From positions 1,367,403 through 1,431,402 of the forward strand of contig OY282363.1 in the NCBI GenBank assembly GCA_958295695.1: a DNA stretch of 64,000 nt, in the 5' to 3' direction. Each line of letters begins with the position of its first letter. Position 1 is the first letter of the stretch. The DNA comes from an uncultured Alphaproteobacteria bacterium. Its GTDB lineage: Bacteria; Pseudomonadota; Alphaproteobacteria; SP197. The notes under the pieces were generated by a model that searched no databases, was not told the origin of the DNA, and saw only the letters and a list, made by a program, of their open reading frames with translations. The translations under genes were made by a program, and so were the position numbers. Positions 10,031 to 19,094 of the stretch are shown piece after piece.

Positions 10031-10476
10031 CGGGACGGACGCTCCAGGAGGTCGTGGACGGCGTCGAGCGCCAGGACGTAGCCGTGGCCGCCGAAGCCGC
10101 ATATGGACCCTTGCGCGGCCTGGGCCACGTAGGACCGGCGACGGAACGCCGCCCGCCGGTGGATGTTGGAGAGATGGACCTCGACGACGACGCCATCGAA
10201 GGCGTCGAGCGCGTCGAGCAGGGCGACGGAGGTGTGGGTCAACCCGCCGGCGTTGACGATCACGGCCGCCGCCTTGCCGCGGGCGTCGTGGACGGCGTCG
10301 ATCAACGCGCCCTCGTGGTTGCTCTGGCGGAAGTCGATCTCCAGGTCCAGGGCCAGGGCGCGCTCGCGCGCCCTGGCCTCGATGTCGCCCAGCGTCTCGT
10401 GGCCGTAGATCTCCGGCCGCCGCTCGCCGAGCAGGTTGAGATTCGGACCGTTGAGGATGAAGACCGTGGCGGCCAT
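10027..10476 (-). CDS. aroQ: type II 3-dehydroquinate dehydratase
   Basis: Internal ATG at 10476 gives MAATVFILNGPNLNLLGERRPEIYGHETL...NAGGLTHTSVALLDAL...VEVHLSNIHRR. aroQ-accB-accC is the classical gene order. Confidence 0.9.
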   Translation of the reverse strand: MAATVFILNGPNLNLLGERRPEIYGHETLGDIEARARERALALDLEIDFRQSNHEGALIDAVHDARGKAAAVIVNAGGLTHTSVALLDALDAFDGVVVEVHLSNIHRRAAFRRRSYVAQAAQGSICGFGGHGYVLALDAVHDLLERPSR

Positions 10477-10561
10477 GGCGATGGTCCCGTGGCAACGGAT
10501 GGCGGCCACCCGTCCGGTGCGGCGGTTATAGCATGGGCCCCCGGGCAGGCAACGCGGCCCG

Positions 10562-11947
10562 TCAGTCGCCGATCGCGGCGTCGGACGCGGCGAGGATGTC
10601 CTCGGCCAGGAACCACTCGGGCGAACCCCGGTCGAGGCCCTGAACCGCGCGGTCGGCATACGCGCGCGCGGCGGCGAACTCGCCGCGCAGGTAGTGCATC
10701 TGCGCGCACGAAACGTCGGATTGCGGAAACATTTCCAGCTTTCCGTAGGCTTGACCGAGAAGATTCCACGTGGGCGGATAGTTGGCCTCGTGGCGGCGGG
10801 CGGCATCGAGGAGGCCGACCGCCTCGCGCCACCCCTCGGGATCGCCGAGCTGCAGGAGGACCTGGGAGAGCGCGATCAGGAGAAGCGGCTCGTCGGGCGC
10901 GAGGGCGACCGCCTCGCGGTAGGACGGGAGCGACTCCGCGATCCGTCCGGTCTCGTAGAGCATCTGACCGCGCAACTCGTGAAAATAGGGATTGTCCGGT
11001 TCCTCGGCGATCAGGCCGTCGGCCAGCTCCAGCGCCTCGGCCATCAGGCGCTCCCGGTACTTCGCGATGGCCCAGGCGTAGCGCGCGTGGATGCTCTCGT
11101 CCGGGTCCGGATACCTGAGATACGTGTCGCGGGGGAGTTTCAGGAAGCCGAAGATCTTCGCGACCATTCGCTTCTGCCGGTCGACCAGCTCGGGGTCGGC
11201 CGCCATTCCGGAGAACCCGGACTCCGCGATGTGAGCCTCAATGGCCGGAACGCGGTCGTCCGTCAGGGGGTGCGTCAGGAAGTAGGGGATCTCCCCGCCA
11301 TAGTCGGGCTCGAGCTCCCGCAACGTGACCATGAGGTCGCGCAGCCCCTCGGCCGACTGCCCGGTCTCGTCGAGCAGCCGCAGGGCGGCTTGGTCAGCGG
11401 CCGATTCCTGAGTCCGCGAATAGCCGAGGAAGCCGCGCTCGGCGATCTGGCTGCCGGCCGCGGCGACGCCGAAGCCGGCCTCGCCCCCGCCCGCGATCGC
11501 CACGCCCAGGCCCAGAACGGTCGAGAGCAGCACCATGGCCGAGGCGTTCTCGAAGGCGCCGCTCACGCGGGTCAGATGGCCGGCGGCGAGATGGCCGGTC
11601 TCGTGGGCGATGGCGCCGACCAGCAGGCCCGGATCCTCGCTCGCGATCATCAGCCCGCTGAAGAGGAACAGGTGCCGACCGTTCGCGACGAAGGCGTTGA
11701 GCACGTCACGATCGACCAGATGGATCTCGATGCCGTCGGGGTCGAGCCCCGCCGCCTCGAACAGTGGCGTGGCGTAGAGCCGGATGGTATCTTCGATCTC
11801 GGCGTCGCGGAACAGCGACAGTTGTCCGCCGGACTGGGCCTCGGCAGGCGCCGTCCACGGGCCGCCGATTCCGGACACCAGGCACAGGATCACCGGAAGG
11901 CCGATGAGGAGCGTCTTCAAGCGGAACGGCGTGTCGTTGGGGCGCAT
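10562..11947 (-). CDS. M48-family metalloprotease with C-terminal TPR-like region (BepA-like)
   Basis: ATG at 11947 gives MRPNDTPFRLKTLLIGLPVILCLVSG (signal peptide). The zinc motif is AIAHETGHLAAGH. The C-terminal half is helical-repeat. Confidence 0.8.
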   Translation of the reverse strand: MRPNDTPFRLKTLLIGLPVILCLVSGIGGPWTAPAEAQSGGQLSLFRDAEIEDTIRLYATPLFEAAGLDPDGIEIHLVDRDVLNAFVANGRHLFLFSGLMIASEDPGLLVGAIAHETGHLAAGHLTRVSGAFENASAMVLLSTVLGLGVAIAGGGEAGFGVAAAGSQIAERGFLGYSRTQESAADQAALRLLDETGQSAEGLRDLMVTLRELEPDYGGEIPYFLTHPLTDDRVPAIEAHIAESGFSGMAADPELVDRQKRMVAKIFGFLKLPRDTYLRYPDPDESIHARYAWAIAKYRERLMAEALELADGLIAEEPDNPYFHELRGQMLYETGRIAESLPSYREAVALAPDEPLLLIALSQVLLQLGDPEGWREAVGLLDAARRHEANYPPTWNLLGQAYGKLEMFPQSDVSCAQMHYLRGEFAAARAYADRAVQGLDRGSPEWFLAEDILAASDAAIGD

Positions 11948-13541
11948 GGCGGGCCATTGTGCGGTCGTCGCGGCCCTGGCCGCAATCCTGTCGGCCTGCT
12001 CCCCCTTCGGCGAGGACGCCACGCGGGGCGCGCCGATCTCGGAGGGCTTCTTCGGCGGCGTGGCGGGCGACGATCCGCGTTCGGTTCTCGCGGCGCGCGG
12101 GGCGCTGGCCCGCGGCGGCGCGGCGGCCGACGCGGCGGTGGCGTATTTCTTCATGGCGTCGGTCGGCTACCCCTCGACCTCGTCGCTCGCGGCGGGCGGC
12201 GTCTGCATGAACTACGATGAAGGCGACAACGAGGCGAAGCTCCTCGACTTCCGCGGCGCGCCGCTCGCGGCGGCCGACGCCGTCGCGGGCCGGTCCACCG
12301 CCGTGCCCGGCGCGGTGAGGGGGCTCTTCCTGCTCCATGCCGAAACGGGCGTCCTGGCCTGGCAGGACCTGGTGTCGCCGGCCGAACGCGCCGCGCGCTT
12401 CGGTATTCCGGTCTCGCGCGCGTTGGCGCGCGACCTCGCGCTCGCGGGCGACGCCCTGATCGAGGATCCCGAGGCGCGCAAGATCTTCGCCCGCCCGGAC
12501 GGAGGCGTGCTGGGCGAGGGCGATACGCTGATCCAGCTCGATCTCGCGGGCGTCCTTTCCTTCATCCGCACCCGCGGCGCGGGCGATTTCTACGTCGGCC
12601 ATACCGCCCGCCGGTTCTCCCAGGCCGTACGGGCCATCGGGATCCCGCTCGCCTTCGAGGACATGCGCGGCTACGCGCCCGCGTGGCGGGACACCTACCG
12701 GGACAGCGTCGAGCACGGCATCGTGGGCGCGGAGGCGACGATCCACGCGCCGGGACCCGGCTTCGATTCGGGTTCGTCCGCGCTCGCGGCGTTCGGGATG
12801 CTGCGCGACGGCGGCCTCGTCGGGGCGATGGCCGACGGGTCGGCCGACCATCTCGCGGCCGAGGTCGCCCTGCGCGCGGCCGTGGCGCGCGCCCTGCGTC
12901 CGGGCGCGGCGCCCGATCCCGAGTTCGGTGGCGTCCTGATGGCGGACTACGCGCCGTCCCGCGCGACGCCTCTCGCGGCTCTCCCGGCGGCGCCCGAGGC
13001 GCTGGCGGAGAACCCGGCGACGTCGAGCGTCGTGGCGGTCGACGCCTTCGGCAACGCCGTGGCCTGCGTGTTCACCATGAACCGCCTGTTCGGCAACGGC
13101 CGCGTCGCGCCGGGCGCCGGCGTGCTGCTGTCGCAAGCGCCGGGCGGCGCCCGGGGCGACGGGCTCTCGCTCTTGCCGGTCATCGTCGTCAACGAGGCGG
13201 CGCGCGAGGTGATCTTCGCGGGCGCGGTCTCGGGCGGCGCGGTCTCGGCGCCGGTCATGGCGAGGGCGATGGCCGAGTTGACCGAGGCCGGCGCCGCGCT
13301 CCAGGACGCCATCGACCGGCCGCGCGTCTTCCATCCCGGCGAACCCGATGTCGTCGTCGTCGAGCAGGCCGCCGGCGACGCCGTGACGGCCGGCCTCGCC
13401 GAGCGCGGCCACGAGGTGCGGGTCGCGCCGGAGCTCGGGCGGATCAACGCGGTGTTCTGCCCGGAGGGCCTGCGCAACGGCTCGGAGAGCTGCGCGGTGG
13501 CGACCGACCCGCGCGCCTTCGGCCTCGCGGTCGGCGGCTAG
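11946..13541 (+). CDS. gamma-glutamyltransferase-family lipoprotein
   Basis: ATG at 11946 gives MAGHCAVVAALAAILSAC, with lipobox LSAC. The GGT-like body includes the autoprocessing-threonine context ENPATSSVVAVDAFGNAVACVFTMN. Confidence 0.7.
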   Translation: MAGHCAVVAALAAILSACSPFGEDATRGAPISEGFFGGVAGDDPRSVLAARGALARGGAAADAAVAYFFMASVGYPSTSSLAAGGVCMNYDEGDNEAKLLDFRGAPLAAADAVAGRSTAVPGAVRGLFLLHAETGVLAWQDLVSPAERAARFGIPVSRALARDLALAGDALIEDPEARKIFARPDGGVLGEGDTLIQLDLAGVLSFIRTRGAGDFYVGHTARRFSQAVRAIGIPLAFEDMRGYAPAWRDTYRDSVEHGIVGAEATIHAPGPGFDSGSSALAAFGMLRDGGLVGAMADGSADHLAAEVALRAAVARALRPGAAPDPEFGGVLMADYAPSRATPLAALPAAPEALAENPATSSVVAVDAFGNAVACVFTMNRLFGNGRVAPGAGVLLSQAPGGARGDGLSLLPVIVVNEAAREVIFAGAVSGGAVSAPVMARAMAELTEAGAALQDAIDRPRVFHPGEPDVVVVEQAAGDAVTAGLAERGHEVRVAPELGRINAVFCPEGLRNGSESCAVATDPRAFGLAVGG

Positions 13542-13569
13542 GCCGCCGGGGACCGAGTCGCGGACGGCC

Positions 13570-14724
13570 ATGGCGCTCAAGGTGTCGCGGCGCGGCCGTG
13601 TGCCGCCCTTTCTCGTCATGGAGGTCATGCGGGCGACCGCCGACCGCATCGCCGCGGGCCGCGAGGTGCTTCATCTCGAGGTCGGGCAGCCGGGCACGCC
13701 CGCGCCGCGGGGCGTGAGGGAGGCGGCCAAGCGCGCGATCGACAGCGAGCGGCTGGGCTACACCGTCGCGCTGGGCGTCTCCCCCCTGCGCGAGGCGATC
13801 GCGGGCCACTACGCCGACGCCTACGGCGTCCGCGTGCCCGCGGAGCGGATCGTCGTCACCACCGGGTCGTCGGCCGGCTTCCTGCTGTCGTTTCTCGCCT
13901 GCTTCGAGCCCGGCGACCGGGTCGCGGTCGCCGAGCCCGGCTATCCCTGCTACCGCAACATCCTGCGGGCGCTGGACCTGGAACCGGTCGCCCTGCCGGT
14001 CGACCGCGACACGCGCTATCAGCCGACGGTCGCGACGATCGAGGCGCTCGACGCGCCGGTCGAGGGCCTGATCGTCGCGAGCCCCTCGAACCCGACCGGA
14101 ACCATGGTGTCCGCCGCCGACCTCGCGGCGCTCGCGGCCTGCTGCCGGTCGCGCGGCGTCCGGCTGATCTCCGACGAGATCTACCACGGCATCGGGTTCG
14201 GCATGGACGCCGCGACGGCCGCGGCCATCGACCCGGAAGCCGTCGTCATCAACAGCTTCTCGAAGTACTTCTCGATGACCGGCTGGCGCATCGGCTGGAT
14301 GGTGGCGCCCGAGACCCTCCTGAAACCGATCGAGCGGCTGGCGCAGAACATGTTCATCTCGCCGCCGACGCTGTCGCAGTACGCCGCCGTGGCGGCCTTC
14401 GATTGCCACGAGGAGCTCCGGAGCAACGTCGCGGTCTACGCGGCCAACCGCGACCTCCTCCTCGAGGAGCTTCCGAAGGCGGGCCTGACGCGGCTCAGCC
14501 ACGCCGACGGCGCGTTCTACATCTACGCCGACATCGCGGACCTGACCGGGGACAGCGACGCGTTCTGCCGCGCGCTCCTCGACGACACCGGCGTCGCGCT
14601 CACGCCGGGTCTCGACTTCGATCCCGTGCGCGGCGCCCGCTCCCTGAGAATCTCGTTCTCGGGCCCGACCGACGACATGGTCGAAGCCGCCCGCCGCATG
14701 GGCGTCTGGCTCGCCGGACGCTGA
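13570..14724 (+). CDS. pyridoxal-phosphate-dependent aminotransferase (class I/II)
   Basis: 384 aa. It has ...ASPSNPTG... and the PLP-lysine motif NSFSKYFSMTGWRIG. Confidence 0.85.
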   Translation: MALKVSRRGRVPPFLVMEVMRATADRIAAGREVLHLEVGQPGTPAPRGVREAAKRAIDSERLGYTVALGVSPLREAIAGHYADAYGVRVPAERIVVTTGSSAGFLLSFLACFEPGDRVAVAEPGYPCYRNILRALDLEPVALPVDRDTRYQPTVATIEALDAPVEGLIVASPSNPTGTMVSAADLAALAACCRSRGVRLISDEIYHGIGFGMDAATAAAIDPEAVVINSFSKYFSMTGWRIGWMVAPETLLKPIERLAQNMFISPPTLSQYAAVAAFDCHEELRSNVAVYAANRDLLLEELPKAGLTRLSHADGAFYIYADIADLTGDSDAFCRALLDDTGVALTPGLDFDPVRGARSLRISFSGPTDDMVEAARRMGVWLAGR

Positions 14725-14912
14725 CGCGGTCCGCGCCCGGTCCGTGGCGTTTCCGTCTTCGACGGACTCGCCATGGCCCACTCGATCGCTCGCGGCGGCT
14801 CTTCGATACGCGGCCTTCGGCGGCGCCTCGGCGCGGGGGGAGTGTTGGGCGCGGAACGAGAAATCCTCGTTCCGAGCGGGTCCGAAGGACCGTATCGAGG
14901 GACGGAGCCGCT

Positions 14913-17378
14913 TCAGCGCGGGTCGACGATCTTCTGCCACCACCCCCGGCGCGGCGGCGGGGTTTCGCCGGCCTGGGCCGCGTCCGCGCCGACCACCGTC
15001 GTCGTCACGCCGGCGGCGGTTTCCTCCCGTTCGGGCTCCGGCCCGCCGTCGGCGGAGGACTCTTCGCCAGCCGTCTCCCGGACCGCGGCGGGCTCGCCGC
15101 CATCGCGGAGCGCTTCGTCCGCCGTTTCCGCGGGCGGCGGCTCGGCGTCGGCCGTCCGCTCGTCCTTCCCGGCCCGCCGTCGGCGGCGGGGCTTCGGCGC
15201 GTCCTCGGCTCCACCGCCGGCGTCCGCCGCGCTTTCGCCGGTCCCGGCCTCCGCGGCCTGCTCGTCGTTCTCGCCACGCTCGCGCGCGCGCCGGCCGCCG
15301 CGTTTGCCGCGCCGGCGGCGCTTCCGCTCGCCGTCCTCGCTGTCGCCGTCGACGCGGGCGCCGTCGTTGTCCGCGCCCGCTTTCTCAGCCGCCCCGGCCG
15401 CGTCGTCGTCGCGGTCCCTGCGTCCGCGCCGGCGGCGCTTGCGCCGCCGTCCGCCGTCCTCGTCGCCCTCGGACGCGCGCCGTCCGCCGTCCTCGTCGCC
15501 CTCGGACGCGCGCCGTTCGCCGTCCTGGCGTTCGTCGTGGGACGGCTCGCGTTCGTCGCGGGACGGCTCGCGTTCGTCGTCCTCGCCGACGCCGCGCGCG
15601 GCCGGCGCGACGACCTGCACCTCGTAGTCGGGCGCGACCAGGCCGTCGCCGCGCTCGACGACCACGGTCAGCCCGTGGCGTTCCTCGATCCCGATGAGCG
15701 CCTGCCGCTTCCGGTTCAGGAGGTAGAGCGCCACCTCCGTCGGCGCCAGGACGCGGACCGACGCCGCCCGGCCCTTGAGAGCCTCGTCCTCGATGCCGCG
15801 CAGGACATGCAGGACGGTCGATTCGGTCGAGCGCATGTGGCCCGAGCCCGCGCAGTGCGGACAAGGCGACGAGAGCGCCTCCTGCAGGCTGGGCCGCAGC
15901 CGCTGGCGCGACAACTCCAGCAGGCCGAAACCGCTGATGCGCCCGATCTGCGTGCGCGCCCGGTCGGCCTTCACCGCGTCCTTGAACTTGCGCTCGACGG
16001 CGCGCTCGTTGCGGTGCTCGTCCATGTCGATGAAGTCGATGACGATCAGGCCCGCGAGGTCGCGCAACCGGAGCTGGCGGGCGATCTCCTGGGCGGCCTC
16101 GACGTTGGTCTTCAGCGCGGTCTCCTCGATGTTCCGCTCCCTGGTGGAGCGGCCCGAGTTGACGTCGATAGCGACCAGCGCCTCGGTCGGGTCGATCACG
16201 ATGTAGCCGCCGGATTTGAGCTGCACGACGGGGCTGTGCATGGCGTCGAGCTGGCGCTCCACCTCGTAGCGGTGGAACAGCGAGGTCCGGTCCCTGTAGG
16301 GCTTCACCCGAGCCGCGTGGCTCGGCATCAGGAACTTCATGTAGGCCTTCGCCGACCTGTAGCCTTCGTCGCCCTCGACCAGCACTTCGTCGATGTCCTT
16401 GGCGTAGAGGTCGCGGATGGCCCGCTTGATGATGTTGGCTTCCTCGTGGATCAGCGAGGGCGCGGTGGCCCGCAGCGTGTCCGACCGGATGTCCTCCCAC
16501 TGTTTCAACAAGCTGTTGAAGTCACGCTTGATCTCGACCTTGGTGCGGCCTTGCCCAGCGGTGCGGACGATGAGGCCCATGCCCTGCGGCACCTCAAGGC
16601 CGGCGGCCACCTCCTTGAGACGGCGGCGCTGCGTGGCGTCCGCGATCTTGCGCGAGACGCCGCCCCCGCGCGGCGTGTTGGGCATCAGCACGCAGTAGCG
16701 GCCCGCGATCGACATGTAGGTCGTCAGCGCGGCGCCCTTGTTGCCGCGCTCTTCCTTGACGACCTGGACGAGCAGGATCTGACGGCGCTTGACGACCTCC
16801 TGAATGCGGTAGCCGCGCCTGAGGATGGCCGAATGCATGGCCGCCTCGGCGCGGTCGCCTTCGTCCTCGCCGTTGCGGCGACGCGAACGGCGATGGCGCG
16901 AACGGGACGCCGGACGGTCGCCCGGCGCCTCGGTCCGGGGCGGGGCCGCCGCGGGTTCCGGCCCGTCGGCGTCGCCGTCTTCCGGGGTTTCCCCGTCCAC
17001 GGCGTCCTCGCCCGGCGTATCCGCGTCGTCGTCGTCCTCGTCCGGCGCCTCGACGGGATCCTCGTCGTCCTCGCGGTTCGCCTCCGCGACGAGGCGCGCC
17101 TGTTCGGCCGCGAGCTCCTCGCGGTCGGAGACCGGGAGCTGGAAGTAGTCGGGGTGGATCTCGCTGAAAGCGAGAAAGCCGTGACGATTGCCACCGTATT
17201 CGATGAAAGCCGCCTGGAGCGACGGCTCGACCCGGGTGACCTTGGCGAGGTAGATGTTGCCCTTGAGCTGGGATTTGACGGCGGATTCTACATCGAATTC
17301 CTGCAGTTCACGGCCGTCGGAGACGGCCACACGGGTCTCTTCCCGGTGGCCCGCGTCGATCAACATACGTTTGGTCAT
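14913..17378 (-). CDS. rne: ribonuclease E
   Basis: ATG at 17378 gives MTKRMLIDAGHREETRVAVSDGRELQEFDVESAVKSQLKGNIYLAKVTRVEPSLQAAFIEYGGNRHGFL, covering the S1 domain. A catalytic core follows, then an Arg/Asp/Glu-rich C-terminal scaffold region. Confidence 0.9.
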   Translation of the reverse strand: MTKRMLIDAGHREETRVAVSDGRELQEFDVESAVKSQLKGNIYLAKVTRVEPSLQAAFIEYGGNRHGFLAFSEIHPDYFQLPVSDREELAAEQARLVAEANREDDEDPVEAPDEDDDDADTPGEDAVDGETPEDGDADGPEPAAAPPRTEAPGDRPASRSRHRRSRRRNGEDEGDRAEAAMHSAILRRGYRIQEVVKRRQILLVQVVKEERGNKGAALTTYMSIAGRYCVLMPNTPRGGGVSRKIADATQRRRLKEVAAGLEVPQGMGLIVRTAGQGRTKVEIKRDFNSLLKQWEDIRSDTLRATAPSLIHEEANIIKRAIRDLYAKDIDEVLVEGDEGYRSAKAYMKFLMPSHAARVKPYRDRTSLFHRYEVERQLDAMHSPVVQLKSGGYIVIDPTEALVAIDVNSGRSTRERNIEETALKTNVEAAQEIARQLRLRDLAGLIVIDFIDMDEHRNERAVERKFKDAVKADRARTQIGRISGFGLLELSRQRLRPSLQEALSSPCPHCAGSGHMRSTESTVLHVLRGIEDEALKGRAASVRVLAPTEVALYLLNRKRQALIGIEERHGLTVVVERGDGLVAPDYEVQVVAPAARGVGEDDEREPSRDEREPSHDERQDGERRASEGDEDGGRRASEGDEDGGRRRKRRRRGRRDRDDDAAGAAEKAGADNDGARVDGDSEDGERKRRRRGKRGGRRARERGENDEQAAEAGTGESAADAGGGAEDAPKPRRRRRAGKDERTADAEPPPAETADEALRDGGEPAAVRETAGEESSADGGPEPEREETAAGVTTTVVGADAAQAGETPPPRRGWWQKIVDPR
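15447..15580. repeat. in-frame tandem repeats inside the rne C-terminal region
   Basis: A 33-nt unit ccgtccgccgtcctcgtcgccctcggacgcgcg occurs at 15447..15479 and 15480..15512, with a partial third copy. A 21-nt unit gggacggctcgcgttcgtcgc occurs at 15539..15559 and 15560..15580. They encode GGRRASEGDED x2 and EREPS(R/H)D x2. Confidence 0.85.
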
Positions 17379-17679
17379 GGAACTTCCATCCGGCGCGGAC
17401 AGCGTGCGCGGAGACGATGCGGTATCGCACCGGCGCTGTCGTGGTTGTGCGTGACTCCCGACCCGCTCCGTTCCCGGCCGCATCCGCGACGGATGCGGCG
17501 GCCGGCCGGCCGCTCCGCGGGGCGGCCGGGGTCCCGGTTGTGGCGCTGGGCAGTGCGGTCGGGAGGGTCACGTTGATCCTTTCTCGTGCGGCGCGCGCGC
17601 CGCCTCTTGTCGCGCGGCGCCATTCGTGATTCAATGGCGGCGCGTGAAAGCCATTACTTTCAAGGGCATAGAACCTGTC

Positions 17680-18972
17680 ATGAAAGCAACAGCTCAACGA
17701 CAGAGACATCATAGTATGCCCGTCACGGGCGCGGCAACCACCAGTTCGCCCCATGCGTTCCGAATTCTGGCGTTCCTGATGGCGGTTCTGGCCGCGAGTT
17801 CCACCGTTCCGGGTGGCTCGGCGAGCGCCGACGTGCTGGATATGGTGGGCGCCAGGGTCGGCGTCAATGCCGAAACCACGCGGTTCGTACTGGAACTGAC
17901 CGAGGCGGTCGACTTCGAGGTCGTCACGCTCGGCAACCCGGATCGCGTCGTGGTCGATCTTTCGGCGGCGACCTTGAGCCTGCTCGCGGCGACCTCGAGC
18001 CTGCTCGACGAGGGACTCCGGTTCGAAAAGGGCATGATCGCCGGGCTCCGCCACAATCTCGAGGACGGGCGCTCGCGGATCGTGCTCGACACGACCGGAC
18101 CGGCGCGGGTGCGCGCCGCTTTCCTGCTGGAGCCGCGGGACGGCCATCCCTACCGCCTCGTGCTGGATATCGAGCCGTGGCCCGTCGAAACAGTCCTGGA
18201 GGCGAGCCTCGCAGATTCGGCCACCGCGATCGACGCCATCGCCGGGAACCGCCCCCCGCTGCCCGCGTCCAAGCCCGAACGGACCAAGCGCGTCATCGTG
18301 CTCGACCCGGGCCACGGCGGCGTCGATCCGGGCGCGATCGGCACCAGCGGCGCCTACGAGAAAAGGATCGTGCTGACGGCGGCCAACGACCTGAAGCGCC
18401 TGCTCGAGGCGACCGGCGCCTACCGCGTGGTCCTGACGCGCGACCGCGACGAGTTCCTGCGCCTGGGCGAACGGGTCGAACTGGCGCGCGCCGCCGAAGC
18501 CGATCTCTTCATCTCGATCCACGCCGATTCCATCGACAACCCCGGCGTCCGGGGGGCGGGGGTCTACACGCTGTCGGAAACCGCGTCGGACGCCGAGGCG
18601 GCCGCGCTCGCGCGGAAAGAAAACAAGTCCGACCTGATCGCCGGAGTCGACCTCATCAATGTCGCCTACGATCCGGTGACCACCGACATCCTGATCGACC
18701 TCGTCCAGCGCCGGACGAAGAACGCGTCGTCCGAGTTCGCCCGGCTCCTGACCGCCGAACTGAACGCCGCGGTGACGCTTCGCGACAACGCCCACCGTTT
18801 CGCGGGCTTCCGCGTGCTGAAGGCGCCCGACGTGCCGTCGGTCCTGATCGAGATGGGCTTCCTGTCGAACGCGGCGGAGGAGCGCAACATGATGGACGCC
18901 GACTTCCGCGAGCGTTTCATGGGCGCGGTGGTCGAGGCGATCGACGACTTCTTCTCGGCGCGCCGGTCCTGA
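17680..18972 (+). CDS. N-acetylmuramoyl-L-alanine amidase (AmiC-type, AMIN-like N-terminal domain)
   Basis: The start is taken as ATG 17680, with ATG 17716 as an alternative. There is a signal-like segment FRILAFLMAVLAASSTVPGGSASA. The Amidase_3 core reads VIVLDPGHGGVDPGAIG...DLFISIHADS. Confidence 0.85.
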   Translation: MKATAQRQRHHSMPVTGAATTSSPHAFRILAFLMAVLAASSTVPGGSASADVLDMVGARVGVNAETTRFVLELTEAVDFEVVTLGNPDRVVVDLSAATLSLLAATSSLLDEGLRFEKGMIAGLRHNLEDGRSRIVLDTTGPARVRAAFLLEPRDGHPYRLVLDIEPWPVETVLEASLADSATAIDAIAGNRPPLPASKPERTKRVIVLDPGHGGVDPGAIGTSGAYEKRIVLTAANDLKRLLEATGAYRVVLTRDRDEFLRLGERVELARAAEADLFISIHADSIDNPGVRGAGVYTLSETASDAEAAALARKENKSDLIAGVDLINVAYDPVTTDILIDLVQRRTKNASSEFARLLTAELNAAVTLRDNAHRFAGFRVLKAPDVPSVLIEMGFLSNAAEERNMMDADFRERFMGAVVEAIDDFFSARRS

Positions 18973-19094
18973 TGGCCGCCGCGCGTCCCCCGGCGCGTCA
19001 CGCCGCCGCCACAATGCTCTTCTAAAGCGCTTTCCGGCACGGGCTCCCGCCGCGGCGCCCGGCCGGAGACGAAGACACGACAAGGGGGCCGCCG

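Noticed and set aside
7056-10196. 1046-aa minus-strand ORF and similar very long ORFs (14403..17576 +, 17308..19107 -, 18666..21113 -, 45015..47465 -, 49256..51373 -, 26935..29256 -)
   Set aside because: All overlap well-supported genes in another frame or on the other strand. All have Arg/Pro/Gly/Ala-dominated composition. They are treated as GC-driven shadow ORFs.
14747-14760. 14-nt string gtttccgtcttcga shared with the cysE-leader hairpin (33181..33194)
   Set aside because: A single exact 14-mer match is within chance expectation for all-against-all comparison of a 64-kb GC-biased sequence. The flanks do not match.
15447-15580. Tandem repeats considered as a CRISPR or minisatellite locus
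   Set aside because: There are only ~2 copies of each unit, with no unique spacers. The repeats are in frame inside the rne coding sequence.
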